DNA of 32,000 nucleotides from Alkanindiges sp. WGS2144. Its GTDB lineage: Bacteria > Pseudomonadota > Gammaproteobacteria > Pseudomonadales > Moraxellaceae. Position 1 is the stretch's first letter. Each line of letters opens with the position of its first letter. Positions 9,988-19,723 of the stretch are shown here, in pieces. Position numbers and translations under genes: made by a program. The notes beneath the pieces are model-generated. The model saw nothing but the letters and a program-made list of their open reading frames with translations. It did not search any database and was not told the origin of the DNA. Location of the stretch: NCBI RefSeq assembly GCF_043950625.1, contig NZ_CP171007.1; one strand, written 5' to 3'.

Positions 9988-10091
9988 TATTTTTAATGCA
10001 TTTATGCGCAGGCTTTTATTAAAATTGCCACTTTCTGGTTTAAGCTTTCAGCATTTACAAATTCCCGACTTTACTGTTGATTTTTATTTAG

Positions 10092-11495
<1,404 letters not shown>

Positions 11496-11534
11496 GCGCC
11501 TGTACTTTTATTGGCTTCACTTTATGAAAATGAC

Positions 11535-11574
11535 AAACAGCGTATTTGGCTAATCAATACGCTGTTTGCTTTTG
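11535..11574 (+). terminator. Rho-independent terminator of purB
   Basis: 12-bp stem AAACAGCGTATT (11535-11546) / AATACGCTGTTT (11556-11567) followed by GCTTTTG. Confidence 0.8.
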
Positions 11575-11978
11575 ATCAACCAGTCTTCATTTGAAGTAGC
11601 TAAGCTTTGTGAAAGATTCCTAAACTTTAAGCTTGCTGAGTATCCTGAACCAATTAGTGTATTTTGAACTGGAATTTAGATAAAATACTTGGGCAGTATT
11701 ATTAAAAAAATAAACTTAAAAACTCTTAAAGTTTTCAATAATCCCTTTAAATTCAGATGCTAAATTAAACTTTATTCTCCTTAAATACAAACACTTTTGA
11801 AGGATTTATAATAATCAGCTATTTAAGTATAAAATTCTTTAGATTCTAAATTTGCACTAGGATATTAGTTTAGTACTCATTAAGCCTATATAAAATTACT
11901 TCAAGCAAGGCAGGCTAAATATTGCTAAGCTTGGCACTTTATTTTTGCATGTTCTGGCCTTGCCAAAAGGATGAAATA

Positions 11979-13142
11979 ATGGGTTTACAGGTTCTGGGCG
12001 GGTTAACTGCTGAGCAATTTTTAACAGAGTACTGGCAGAAAAAACCGCTGCTGGTTAGAAATGCCATACCCGAAATTAATGGCCTGCTAGTTCCACAGGA
12101 TATTCTGGATCTGGCTGTTGAAGAAGTAGTGACAGCACGCCTGCTGACCCAGCATGGTCAGTTTAACGAAAACTGGAAAGTAAAAACTTCCCCGTTAAAT
12201 AAAAAAGATTTAAAAAAACTTCCCTCCTTATGGACGTTGCTAGTTCAGGCAGTGGATCATTTTTCACCGGATATTGCCGCACTGTGGCAGCACTTTGATT
12301 TTATTCCGCAATGGCGGCGCGATGATATTATGGTGTCTTATGCCCCAAAAGGTGGTTCGGTTGGCCGACACTATGACCAGTATGATGTATTTTTGGTACA
12401 GGGCTATGGTAAACGCCGCTGGCAGTTAGGTCAGTATTGCCAACCAGATTGTGAGTTAATCCCTGACCAACCATTACGCCTGCTGCCAGATATGGAGGTG
12501 CATTTTGATGAAATTCTCGAACCTGGGGATTTATTGTATGTACCACCTACCCTGTCGCATTATGGCGTGGCTGAAAACGATTGCTTAACCTTTTCCTTTG
12601 GTTTTCGTATGCCCAATGCCACCCAGTTACTGGATGAATTAACCGATCAGTTACTGGATGTTCCTTCCAGCCAGCTTCCTATAGCCGATCAGAACACACG
12701 TCAACCGCAGGCTGCTGGTGCTGTGAGTCAACAAGACTTACAGGCACTTAAACAATATCTGGTTCAAATGGTCAATCAGGATGAATATTTTACGCAAGCC
12801 GCTTTAAGCCTGCTGAGTGAGATTAAATATCCTGATAGCCTACCGGAGAATGACCCCATCACGCATACAGAGCTGCTAGAAGCATTGCAGACGGGCGCCA
12901 CTATCCAGCGTGAACCCGCTACCCGTTTGCTTTATACCACGGATGCACAGGATCAGTTACAGTTCTGGGCACTAGGTGAAAAGCTGGAAGTCAATACAGC
13001 AAACATCAACCTGCTCAAGCGCATCGCGGATGGTGCAGTACTTGGTATAAACGATATAGACCCCTCACCTGCAATGCTGGAACAACTCTGCCATTTGTAT
13101 GAGGATGCTATATTATTGATTAACATGGAAGATGAAGGTTAG
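11979..13142 (+). CDS. roxA: JmjC/cupin 2-oxoglutarate oxygenase, ribosomal protein uL16 arginine hydroxylase type (YcfD/RoxA-like)
   Basis: N-terminus FLTEYWQKKPLLVRNAIP. HxD iron motif in GGSVGRHYDQYDVFLVQGYGKRRW and a distal His in PPTLSHYGVA. C-terminal winged-helix-like region. Start set at ATG 11979, preceded by AAGGA. The track ORF begins at a TTG at 11922. Confidence 0.75.
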   Translation: MGLQVLGGLTAEQFLTEYWQKKPLLVRNAIPEINGLLVPQDILDLAVEEVVTARLLTQHGQFNENWKVKTSPLNKKDLKKLPSLWTLLVQAVDHFSPDIAALWQHFDFIPQWRRDDIMVSYAPKGGSVGRHYDQYDVFLVQGYGKRRWQLGQYCQPDCELIPDQPLRLLPDMEVHFDEILEPGDLLYVPPTLSHYGVAENDCLTFSFGFRMPNATQLLDELTDQLLDVPSSQLPIADQNTRQPQAAGAVSQQDLQALKQYLVQMVNQDEYFTQAALSLLSEIKYPDSLPENDPITHTELLEALQTGATIQREPATRLLYTTDAQDQLQFWALGEKLEVNTANINLLKRIADGAVLGINDIDPSPAMLEQLCHLYEDAILLINMEDEG

Positions 13143-13187
13143 ACTCAAACCCGTAGTGAACAGAGACAACCGTGCGCAGGAATAATC

Positions 13188-13730
13188 ATGAGTAAGCTCG
13201 ATGATGACAATAACCTTATACTGAATGATCCAGAGCAGCCTGACTCTGTTCAGCAACTGGCCATCTCTGGTAGGGAAGTCATCCGGCAATCCACTGTAAA
13301 GCTGATTGGCCTTGCACGCCGCCAGATTTTAATGGTGATGCCAGCGTTACCTGCGGTATGGGATGATGACAACATTGCTCAGAGTTTACTGGATTTTGTG
13401 CGCAGCTCGGCAAAGCGCGACGTCATGCTATTGATTAATAATCTGGATAACCAGCCAGCTTATACGCATCAACTGGTCAATCTATCACAGCGAGTGTCCA
13501 GCCGGATTCAACTAAAACAGGTGAACAATCTGCTGGAACCCCCGATCATGGTAAGCGATTATCTGATGATTATTGATCAGCAGCATCTGCTCAGAATTGA
13601 TGACATGGAAAGATCTTCAGCCTGGTTTGATGTTCATTTTGCCAGTCGTGCCCAGCAATACGCAGCCAGTTTTTTGCTGCAATGGCCACGCGCTAAGGAA
13701 GTCAAAGAGTTTAAGCAGTTTCATCTTTGA
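13188..13730 (+). CDS. Hypothetical protein (180 aa), probably co-transcribed with roxA
   Basis: Good SD (AGGAA, 5 nt before the ATG). It starts 45 nt after the roxA stop with no intervening hairpin, and a terminator follows. I recognise no motif. It has an acidic N-terminus followed by an alternating beta/alpha-like pattern. Confidence 0.6.
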   Translation: MSKLDDDNNLILNDPEQPDSVQQLAISGREVIRQSTVKLIGLARRQILMVMPALPAVWDDDNIAQSLLDFVRSSAKRDVMLLINNLDNQPAYTHQLVNLSQRVSSRIQLKQVNNLLEPPIMVSDYLMIIDQQHLLRIDDMERSSAWFDVHFASRAQQYAASFLLQWPRAKEVKEFKQFHL

Positions 13731-13740
13731 TCCAGCCCAA

Positions 13741-13792
13741 AAAGCCAAAACAGGATATTGCTCAAATACCGATATCCTGTTTACAGCTTTTT
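13741..13792. terminator. Bidirectional terminator between convergent genes
   Basis: 11-bp stem AAACAGGATAT (13748-13758) / ATATCCTGTTT (13772-13782). T-runs lie on both strands a few nt beyond the stem. Confidence 0.7.
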
Positions 13793-13801
13793 AATTCTGG
13801 T

Positions 13802-14812
13802 TTATTCCTTGTGGCTGGAACTCTTGCCCTGATCAAACGCTCTGTTTAAACGCTCAACTGCAAAATCTACGGCTTCCTTGGCCTTTTCCACCGCAGCAGC
13901 CAATCCAAAAAACTCATGCGTTACCCCATTATAACGTCTTAATGCCATATCTATCCCGGCATCGGCAAGGCGTTGCGCATAAGCCTCACCCTCATCACGG
14001 AGTGGATCAAGCTCGGCTGTAATGACTGTAGCAGGCGGCAGACCGCTTAAATCAGGAGCACGAAGTGGGGAAGCATAAGCATGCTGGCCTTCGTTTAAAT
14101 CAGCTAAATAATGATTCCAGAACCAGTGCATCATGGCCGCATTTAAGGGTTTGGCATTGGCCTGTTCGGTATAGGAAGGCGAATTCATCTGACTATCAGT
14201 CACCGGGTATACTAATAACTGCGCCACTGGCATTAACCCGCCCTCATCCCGTGCCCGTAAGCAGGCCACCGCTGCCAGGTTAGCCCCGGCACTTTCCCCA
14301 GCCACGGCAACACGCGCCGAGTCACCATTTAAACGCGCAGCATTACGCATGATCCATTGCAAGGCAGCATAAGCATCATCTGGTGCCGCTGGAAACTTGT
14401 GTTCTGGTGCCTGTCGGTATGCTACAGAAAACACAATGCTTTCAGTTGCATTACATAAACAACGACAAGTCGGTTCATACACATCTAGATTGGCAATTAC
14501 CCAGCCACCACCATGAAAATAAACAATCACAGGAAATGGGCCATCACCTGCCGGGGAAAATACCCGCGCCAGTACCTCACCGGAATCCGTAGGAATTAAA
14601 ATATGATCTATGTGTTCAACTGGCTCTGGCAGGCTTGGCATTACCAGATTTTTGGAGCGTACCAGCGCACTTTGAGCAGCCATTTCTTCTACAGCGTTCT
14701 TGACTGTTGGGGTGTTGCGTGCATTCTCCGGGCTAAGATTTTCTATGGGCGGTGCATTAAATTTGGCCAGTTGATCCAGGATGGCCTGCATATGGGTATC
14801 AGCTTTCATCAT
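13802..14812 (-). CDS. Alpha/beta-hydrolase esterase/lipase, hormone-sensitive-lipase family (family IV)
   Basis: Oxyanion motif HGGGW and nucleophile elbow GESAGA. Downstream Asp (DPLRDE) and His (THEF) complete the triad. ATG at 14812; the track ORF starts at a TTG at 14824. Confidence 0.85.
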   Translation of the reverse strand: MMKADTHMQAILDQLAKFNAPPIENLSPENARNTPTVKNAVEEMAAQSALVRSKNLVMPSLPEPVEHIDHILIPTDSGEVLARVFSPAGDGPFPVIVYFHGGGWVIANLDVYEPTCRCLCNATESIVFSVAYRQAPEHKFPAAPDDAYAALQWIMRNAARLNGDSARVAVAGESAGANLAAVACLRARDEGGLMPVAQLLVYPVTDSQMNSPSYTEQANAKPLNAAMMHWFWNHYLADLNEGQHAYASPLRAPDLSGLPPATVITAELDPLRDEGEAYAQRLADAGIDMALRRYNGVTHEFFGLAAAVEKAKEAVDFAVERLNRAFDQGKSSSHKE

Positions 14813-15041
14813 AAAACTCAGCAATTTATTAACTTTTTTATCTTAAAAAAATAGCTTGCAGGCTTTGTAGAGAAAGTTTGCCTTATGTCTATTAAATATA
14901 ACCAGACGATTGAGCAATTAAGTTAAAGTTTAATAAAGATGAAATTAAACAAGATATTAGGCATGAAAACCACAAAAAGGCTATTACACTTAAATAATAA
15001 AACCTCAATTTATACCGATAAAAACCCTTCTCCCACTTATG

Positions 15042-15091
15042 AAAAAACCCAGACTTACTTTTTGATGTAATGACATGAAAGCAAATCTGGG
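15042..15091 (-). terminator. Probable terminator downstream of tamB
   Basis: On the minus strand, CCCAGA...TCTGGG closes an imperfect long hairpin (inner ATGT/ACAT pairing) followed by TTTTTT (plus-strand A-run 15042-15047). Confidence 0.45.
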
Positions 15092-15112
15092 ATTTTAGGC
15101 ATCTTGTGCAGG

Positions 15113-18100
15113 TTAAAAGCGCCAGTTGTAGAACATATCTACTGCGCGATCCAATGCCGAGCTGGCTTCAATATACAAGCGACGGTTGAGCTGGTAGCGC
15201 AGTGTTAACCGGTTCACTGGAGTAAATACCCCAACACCGTAACGAAGATATAAATCGGAAGTAATATAACCAGTCAAACTGACCTGCGTATCATCGCCTA
15301 CACCTTCTGCATCCAGTGTAAGCGATTCCAGCCCAAATGTACGGCCAATGGTGTTGGTAAAGCGTCTTGTACCTCCCAGCCCCATACTAATTCCCGCAGC
15401 AGCAATGGTGTTGTTGACATCACTTTTAAAGCCGGCAGTAGTAGTTGCGCTGGTAGTATTGGAGCTGATCTTGCCGGTAAGCAAGGCATTAAGTGCCTCC
15501 TGCTCCGATAACCCTGCATCATTATAAATGGCAATATTGGGATTAGTTGCACGCCCGGTAATACGCACTCCAATAATACGACCACTTACCGTTTTGGTCG
15601 CATCAATATCCAGATCAGGCTGGGTGATAATACCATTAAAACGCGCAATACCACGATTCAGTTGTAAACGCTGTCCATAGGCTTCTATGGTGACATTCTT
15701 CCGTACACCAATAGCTCCATTGCCTCGCATTGCCGTATCCAGACCACGCTGTGTCAGGTTGAGCCTGCCACCCAGCGGGATACTATTACCAAAGCCCCTA
15801 AAGTAAACGTCATTGCCCAGGGTTAAATCAATGTCAGCAAAGATAGCCCAAGGTTTGGCTGCTTTCATTACCCGATCATTAACCTGATCCAGCCGTACAA
15901 TCCGTACATCCCCAGATTTTGCAATGACATCGTCATTACCTTCTGGCATAGAAATTACAGCACTAGGAACATCAAGGGTACCATTTACTGAAACCTGTTG
16001 CTGGGTTGGCAAGATGCGTACATCAATTTTTGGGGTAACCCGCGCCGTCACCATAGGTGCCTGTCGTATCAGTAACCTCTCACCGGTCAGGCTCAAATTA
16101 ACATAAGGTACGCCTTGCCAGTTGGCATCGCCCTGAATCTGCGCTTGCCCATCACCGCTAAGGAAACTGCCATTTAGGGTAGCTTCGGTTCCCCTGATAC
16201 TTGAGCTTAGGTTAATACGATTCAGGTTGATCGGCAGGTTATTCATGGCCACCTGACCATCTCTTAAGCGGAATTCACCATAAAAGTCAGGGCCGGTCAG
16301 CGGGCCAGAAATACCACCAGCCAGTGAAGCCGTACCATTTAATACCCGCATGCCCGGAAAAAATGGCTTGAAGATATTCATTTGCACATTATCAAGCACT
16401 AGCGCCCCGTTTACCGTTTTGGGCGTCACACTCGGATTAATGGTAGCGTCTATAAAACCTGTACCAATGCCAGGTGTTTTTGCATCAAAGCGCAATTTGA
16501 TGCCATCTGGCTGGGTAACGGCAATCAGGCTCAAACGCTGGTAGGGAAGCGTAATTGGCTCATCCTGCGGGTCTTCAGGAGCCAGGCCAATTTCACCATT
16601 ATCGGTATAAATCTGTGCATCCAGTGTAGGTGCGCCCCGGTTAACCCAGGTTACCTTGGCATGCCCAAACAGCTTGCCTACCCAGGCCACACCCTGCGGC
16701 ATAAATGCTTGGAAGCTGCCAATATCCAGATTTTTAAGCTGAACCGAGACCAGCCCTTTGTCGCTACTAGCCTGCAAAGGTTCAATCAGGCATAAGCGGC
16801 TACCACTATCAAGCCAGCAGTGCTGATCCAGATAAACTGCTTTTGTCTTTGTCCGGTAAATCAGGGCAGCTGGCTTATCCTGTAACAGTGTCAGCTGTTG
16901 CGTGCCTAATCTACCCTTTTGCACTTGCCCCAGCCAGTCATTATTTGCATCTAAGCCACCAGCAAGCTGGACACTAAAGTTAGTGGCCGGGTTTATGCCT
17001 AGCGCTGATATTTGTAGCACATGTGCAGCTTTGGTTCCCGCCAGTACAACCCGGCCCTGCGTCAGTGTTCGTATACCCCGCTTTAAGTTCTGTATATCTA
17101 GTTGCAGCTGCCCGGGCTGTTTGCCCATTTGCGGTATACGACCTACCAGACTGGCCTGTTGCACCGTGATCTGGTTAAAGGCAAAACGATTGATTTTCAG
17201 GTTAATCAGGGCATCAGGTGCCTGCTCATCACCAGTTAAAGTAATGCGCCCGGTAATATTACCAGTCATACCAGCATAAATACGGTTAAGCGCAGGTGCA
17301 TTGACATCCAGTGCCAGACGGTCCGAGTTCCCATTCGCTGAAATCTGATTACCCGCAAAAGAGAGCAGCAGGTTTTGCGCCTCAAAACGCTCGGGAATAA
17401 ATCCGCTGCCTGAACCCAGGCTTATATTCAGCGAACCACGTCCAATTAACGGCTGGTTCTTAACGATGCCATCCAGATTTAAATTGCTCAGCTGAATATC
17501 TTTGCGGTTTGTTTGCCAGTGCCCTGTGGTGTTAAAACGACCACTCACCCAGCCGTCATAACCCCGGGCAAAGAACCCCGGGTTAAAATGATCCAGCAGA
17601 CCAGTCAAACGCCAGGCCGGGCCTTGGCTTAAATCAACCTGTCCATTTACATCAATTTTTCCGGCAGCACCATTATGCCTAAACTCATTAATATTGATCA
17701 GTTGCGGTGTTCCAGAGATTTTGACGATCAGGTCACCCTCTGGTACATCAGGCGTTTTTAAATCACCATTAAATTGTACCGCAAAGCTTTTTAAGCCCGA
17801 CTGCCTGGCATTTTCGGGGTAAAAAAACAGTGCAGCTGTCGTATTACCTGATAGCTCTACTGTACGACCTGCCTGCCCGTTACTTGCAGGCATAAAACCA
17901 GTCAAGTGCGTATTATTCAGTTTAATGATCTGCTGATTATCACTGCCTTGGCCATTGGCATGAATAGTGCCGCTAAGGCGATTAAATGGTACACCTGCTG
18001 CCAATTTGCTGGGATCAAAGCCCTTTGTTTGCAAATCAGCCTGCCATTTTAAACCCTGCTTGCCCTGTGGCAGGCTGACCGTGCCACTTCCCTGTAAATT

Positions 18101-19705
18101 ACCAGCCACTCCCTGATAATTCACTTTAGGAATAACCACCAGATTATTATGTTTGTTTATCTGCGCTTCATAGCGGCCAGCGGGAATCATGCCCTGCTTG
18201 CTCTCGCCAACTGCCACGCTTACTGTAGCATTTAACCGGTTTTGCGGCATATTGATCAGCGCTCTTCCATCAGGGCTATTTAAATAACCGATGGCTGGCA
18301 GGGCACGGTTGATGTTTTGCCAGCGTGCGTCAACCCATAGTGGTTGCCGGGTATTTCCCAGCGAATCCTGTCGGGCTATTCCGGCTAGCCAGATTTCGCC
18401 ACTATCCATGCGCAAGGCACCATACAGGTGCGGCAGCTGATCAAGTTCGCCTTTGGAGTATAAATTACCACTAATCACAGGGGGCAAATAACTACGTACT
18501 GCCTCAGGGATGGCCTGATCCTGCGAATTTAGCCCACTGGCACGACCAGAAATATCCCAGCTCACATGATTCTGCCATTGCACTGTGCCCTGAGTCTGAA
18601 TGGTGCCGTTCATCAACCTGCCATTCAGGGCGCGAATATTCAGACTGTGATAGTTGGTTGCCAGCTCGGCCTGATACTCACCCGCTGGAATGGAATCACC
18701 CGACAAATCGGTTTGTAAGCGGGCGATTAACCCAGACGTTGTGCCATCAATAAAGGTATTGCCTGATTTTGAAAACAGATTTTGTTGCTCAGCAACAGGC
18801 CAGTGTAAATCCTTCCAGTTTAAATAGCCTTTAAATGGCACATCCTTACGTACCGGATGCAGGATGAACTGTCCACGAATCAGGTCAGGTGTGCTTATAG
18901 CCACCCCGGCCCTTAGAGTGTCCACATCACCGCGTGCCGCTACAAAGATTGGATTAAGCTTGAGGTTATCCAGTGCAGGAACCAATACCTGTCCATCCAC
19001 ATGAATAGGATATTTACCCTGAAATTCGATATTTCCAGTTACTTCCTGTGCTTTAAGATAAGGTAGTGCAAGGCTGGAGTTGCGCAATGATAAACGGGTA
19101 CCTGACCATAAGGCATCATGTAATACAATTTCATCAAAAGTAAATGCACTGCCTGGCCGGGCCTGAATAGTTAACCCATGCACAAAGCCCTGATCAAACC
19201 TTAAGGTGAAAGGTAATTTCAGCTCTTTAAAATCAAATGGCTCATCTGAAGGCGGTGTTTTTTTTATGACCCTTAGATCATCCAGTGAGGCATACCGAAA
19301 ATGTAGCTCCCGCTTGACCAGTGCACGCCAGCCTACTTTGAGCATGGCTTTTTTAACATGCACATCTACCGCATTTACCGTGACTTTAATATCACCCAGA
19401 ATAACGCCGCGCTGTAAATCACCACCCAGATAAGTATAACTAATCAGCTGCTGCCGACTGGTTAAAAAGGCCAGTAAGCGCTTGCTGCCTTCTTCTGTGC
19501 TGGTCATCCAGCCCACGACACCGGATAAGGTAACCAGCAAAGCAAGCAGTATCAGCATCAACCAGCGCAAACGCCGGTGCTTTTTAGGCAGTTTTTTAGG
19601 CTGATTTGGCTTTTGCTCAGGCTGCTGACTCTGTTGAGAGACTGCCTGGGTTTGTTGCGCCTCATCCAAAGGCTGGTTCTCATCGTGAACAGGATGATTA
19701 CTCAT
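15113..19705 (-). CDS. tamB: Translocation and assembly module subunit TamB (DUF490 C-terminus)
   Basis: 1530 aa from ATG 19705. Q/P-rich cytoplasmic head, then a single signal-anchor LRWLMLILLALLVTLSGVVGWM. The long body is G/N/T-rich and beta-type. The C-terminus LRYQLNRRLYIEASSALDRAVDMFYNWRF is typical of TamB. The gene starts 18 nt after the tamA stop. Confidence 0.9.
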   Translation of the reverse strand: MSNHPVHDENQPLDEAQQTQAVSQQSQQPEQKPNQPKKLPKKHRRLRWLMLILLALLVTLSGVVGWMTSTEEGSKRLLAFLTSRQQLISYTYLGGDLQRGVILGDIKVTVNAVDVHVKKAMLKVGWRALVKRELHFRYASLDDLRVIKKTPPSDEPFDFKELKLPFTLRFDQGFVHGLTIQARPGSAFTFDEIVLHDALWSGTRLSLRNSSLALPYLKAQEVTGNIEFQGKYPIHVDGQVLVPALDNLKLNPIFVAARGDVDTLRAGVAISTPDLIRGQFILHPVRKDVPFKGYLNWKDLHWPVAEQQNLFSKSGNTFIDGTTSGLIARLQTDLSGDSIPAGEYQAELATNYHSLNIRALNGRLMNGTIQTQGTVQWQNHVSWDISGRASGLNSQDQAIPEAVRSYLPPVISGNLYSKGELDQLPHLYGALRMDSGEIWLAGIARQDSLGNTRQPLWVDARWQNINRALPAIGYLNSPDGRALINMPQNRLNATVSVAVGESKQGMIPAGRYEAQINKHNNLVVIPKVNYQGVAGNLQGSGTVSLPQGKQGLKWQADLQTKGFDPSKLAAGVPFNRLSGTIHANGQGSDNQQIIKLNNTHLTGFMPASNGQAGRTVELSGNTTAALFFYPENARQSGLKSFAVQFNGDLKTPDVPEGDLIVKISGTPQLININEFRHNGAAGKIDVNGQVDLSQGPAWRLTGLLDHFNPGFFARGYDGWVSGRFNTTGHWQTNRKDIQLSNLNLDGIVKNQPLIGRGSLNISLGSGSGFIPERFEAQNLLLSFAGNQISANGNSDRLALDVNAPALNRIYAGMTGNITGRITLTGDEQAPDALINLKINRFAFNQITVQQASLVGRIPQMGKQPGQLQLDIQNLKRGIRTLTQGRVVLAGTKAAHVLQISALGINPATNFSVQLAGGLDANNDWLGQVQKGRLGTQQLTLLQDKPAALIYRTKTKAVYLDQHCWLDSGSRLCLIEPLQASSDKGLVSVQLKNLDIGSFQAFMPQGVAWVGKLFGHAKVTWVNRGAPTLDAQIYTDNGEIGLAPEDPQDEPITLPYQRLSLIAVTQPDGIKLRFDAKTPGIGTGFIDATINPSVTPKTVNGALVLDNVQMNIFKPFFPGMRVLNGTASLAGGISGPLTGPDFYGEFRLRDGQVAMNNLPINLNRINLSSSIRGTEATLNGSFLSGDGQAQIQGDANWQGVPYVNLSLTGERLLIRQAPMVTARVTPKIDVRILPTQQQVSVNGTLDVPSAVISMPEGNDDVIAKSGDVRIVRLDQVNDRVMKAAKPWAIFADIDLTLGNDVYFRGFGNSIPLGGRLNLTQRGLDTAMRGNGAIGVRKNVTIEAYGQRLQLNRGIARFNGIITQPDLDIDATKTVSGRIIGVRITGRATNPNIAIYNDAGLSEQEALNALLTGKISSNTTSATTTAGFKSDVNNTIAAAGISMGLGGTRRFTNTIGRTFGLESLTLDAEGVGDDTQVSLTGYITSDLYLRYGVGVFTPVNRLTLRYQLNRRLYIEASSALDRAVDMFYNWRF

Positions 19706-19723
19706 TCTTATCAAATTCCAGAG

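Noticed and set aside
11931-11948. Sigma54-like promoter TGGCAC-TTTATTTT-TGCA just upstream of roxA
   Set aside because: The GG-to-GC spacing is two nt longer than the strict -24/-12 geometry (GC falls at position 16-17 instead of 14-15). No enhancer-binding-protein gene is nearby.
11922-11978. N-terminal extensions implied by the ORF track: roxA from 11922, prpB to 27923, tamB to 19714, esterase to 14824, grxD to 2023, nlpD-like to 5364
   Set aside because: Several of the extended starts (roxA 11922, prpB 27923, tamB 19714, esterase 14824) are TTG codons. The extensions add hydrophobic or Cys-rich heads that do not fit the families. Internal ATGs give canonical N-termini, and roxA and emrA also gain clear SD sequences.
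14939-15070. 43-codon ORF (MKLNKILGMKTTKRLLHLNNKTSIYTDKNPSPTYEKTQTYFLM) in the AT-rich gap between the esterase gene and tamB
   Set aside because: There is no SD. It runs through the predicted tamB terminator hairpin. The composition is what AT-rich DNA yields by chance (K/N/T/L-rich). It cannot be supported without conservation or Ribo-seq data.
16902-17279. 125-aa ORF antisense to tamB, and similar short ORFs at 15924, 16350 and 19206
   Set aside because: They are nested antisense to a 1530-aa gene with coherent domain structure and have Cys/Pro/Ser-rich composition. They are not credible.
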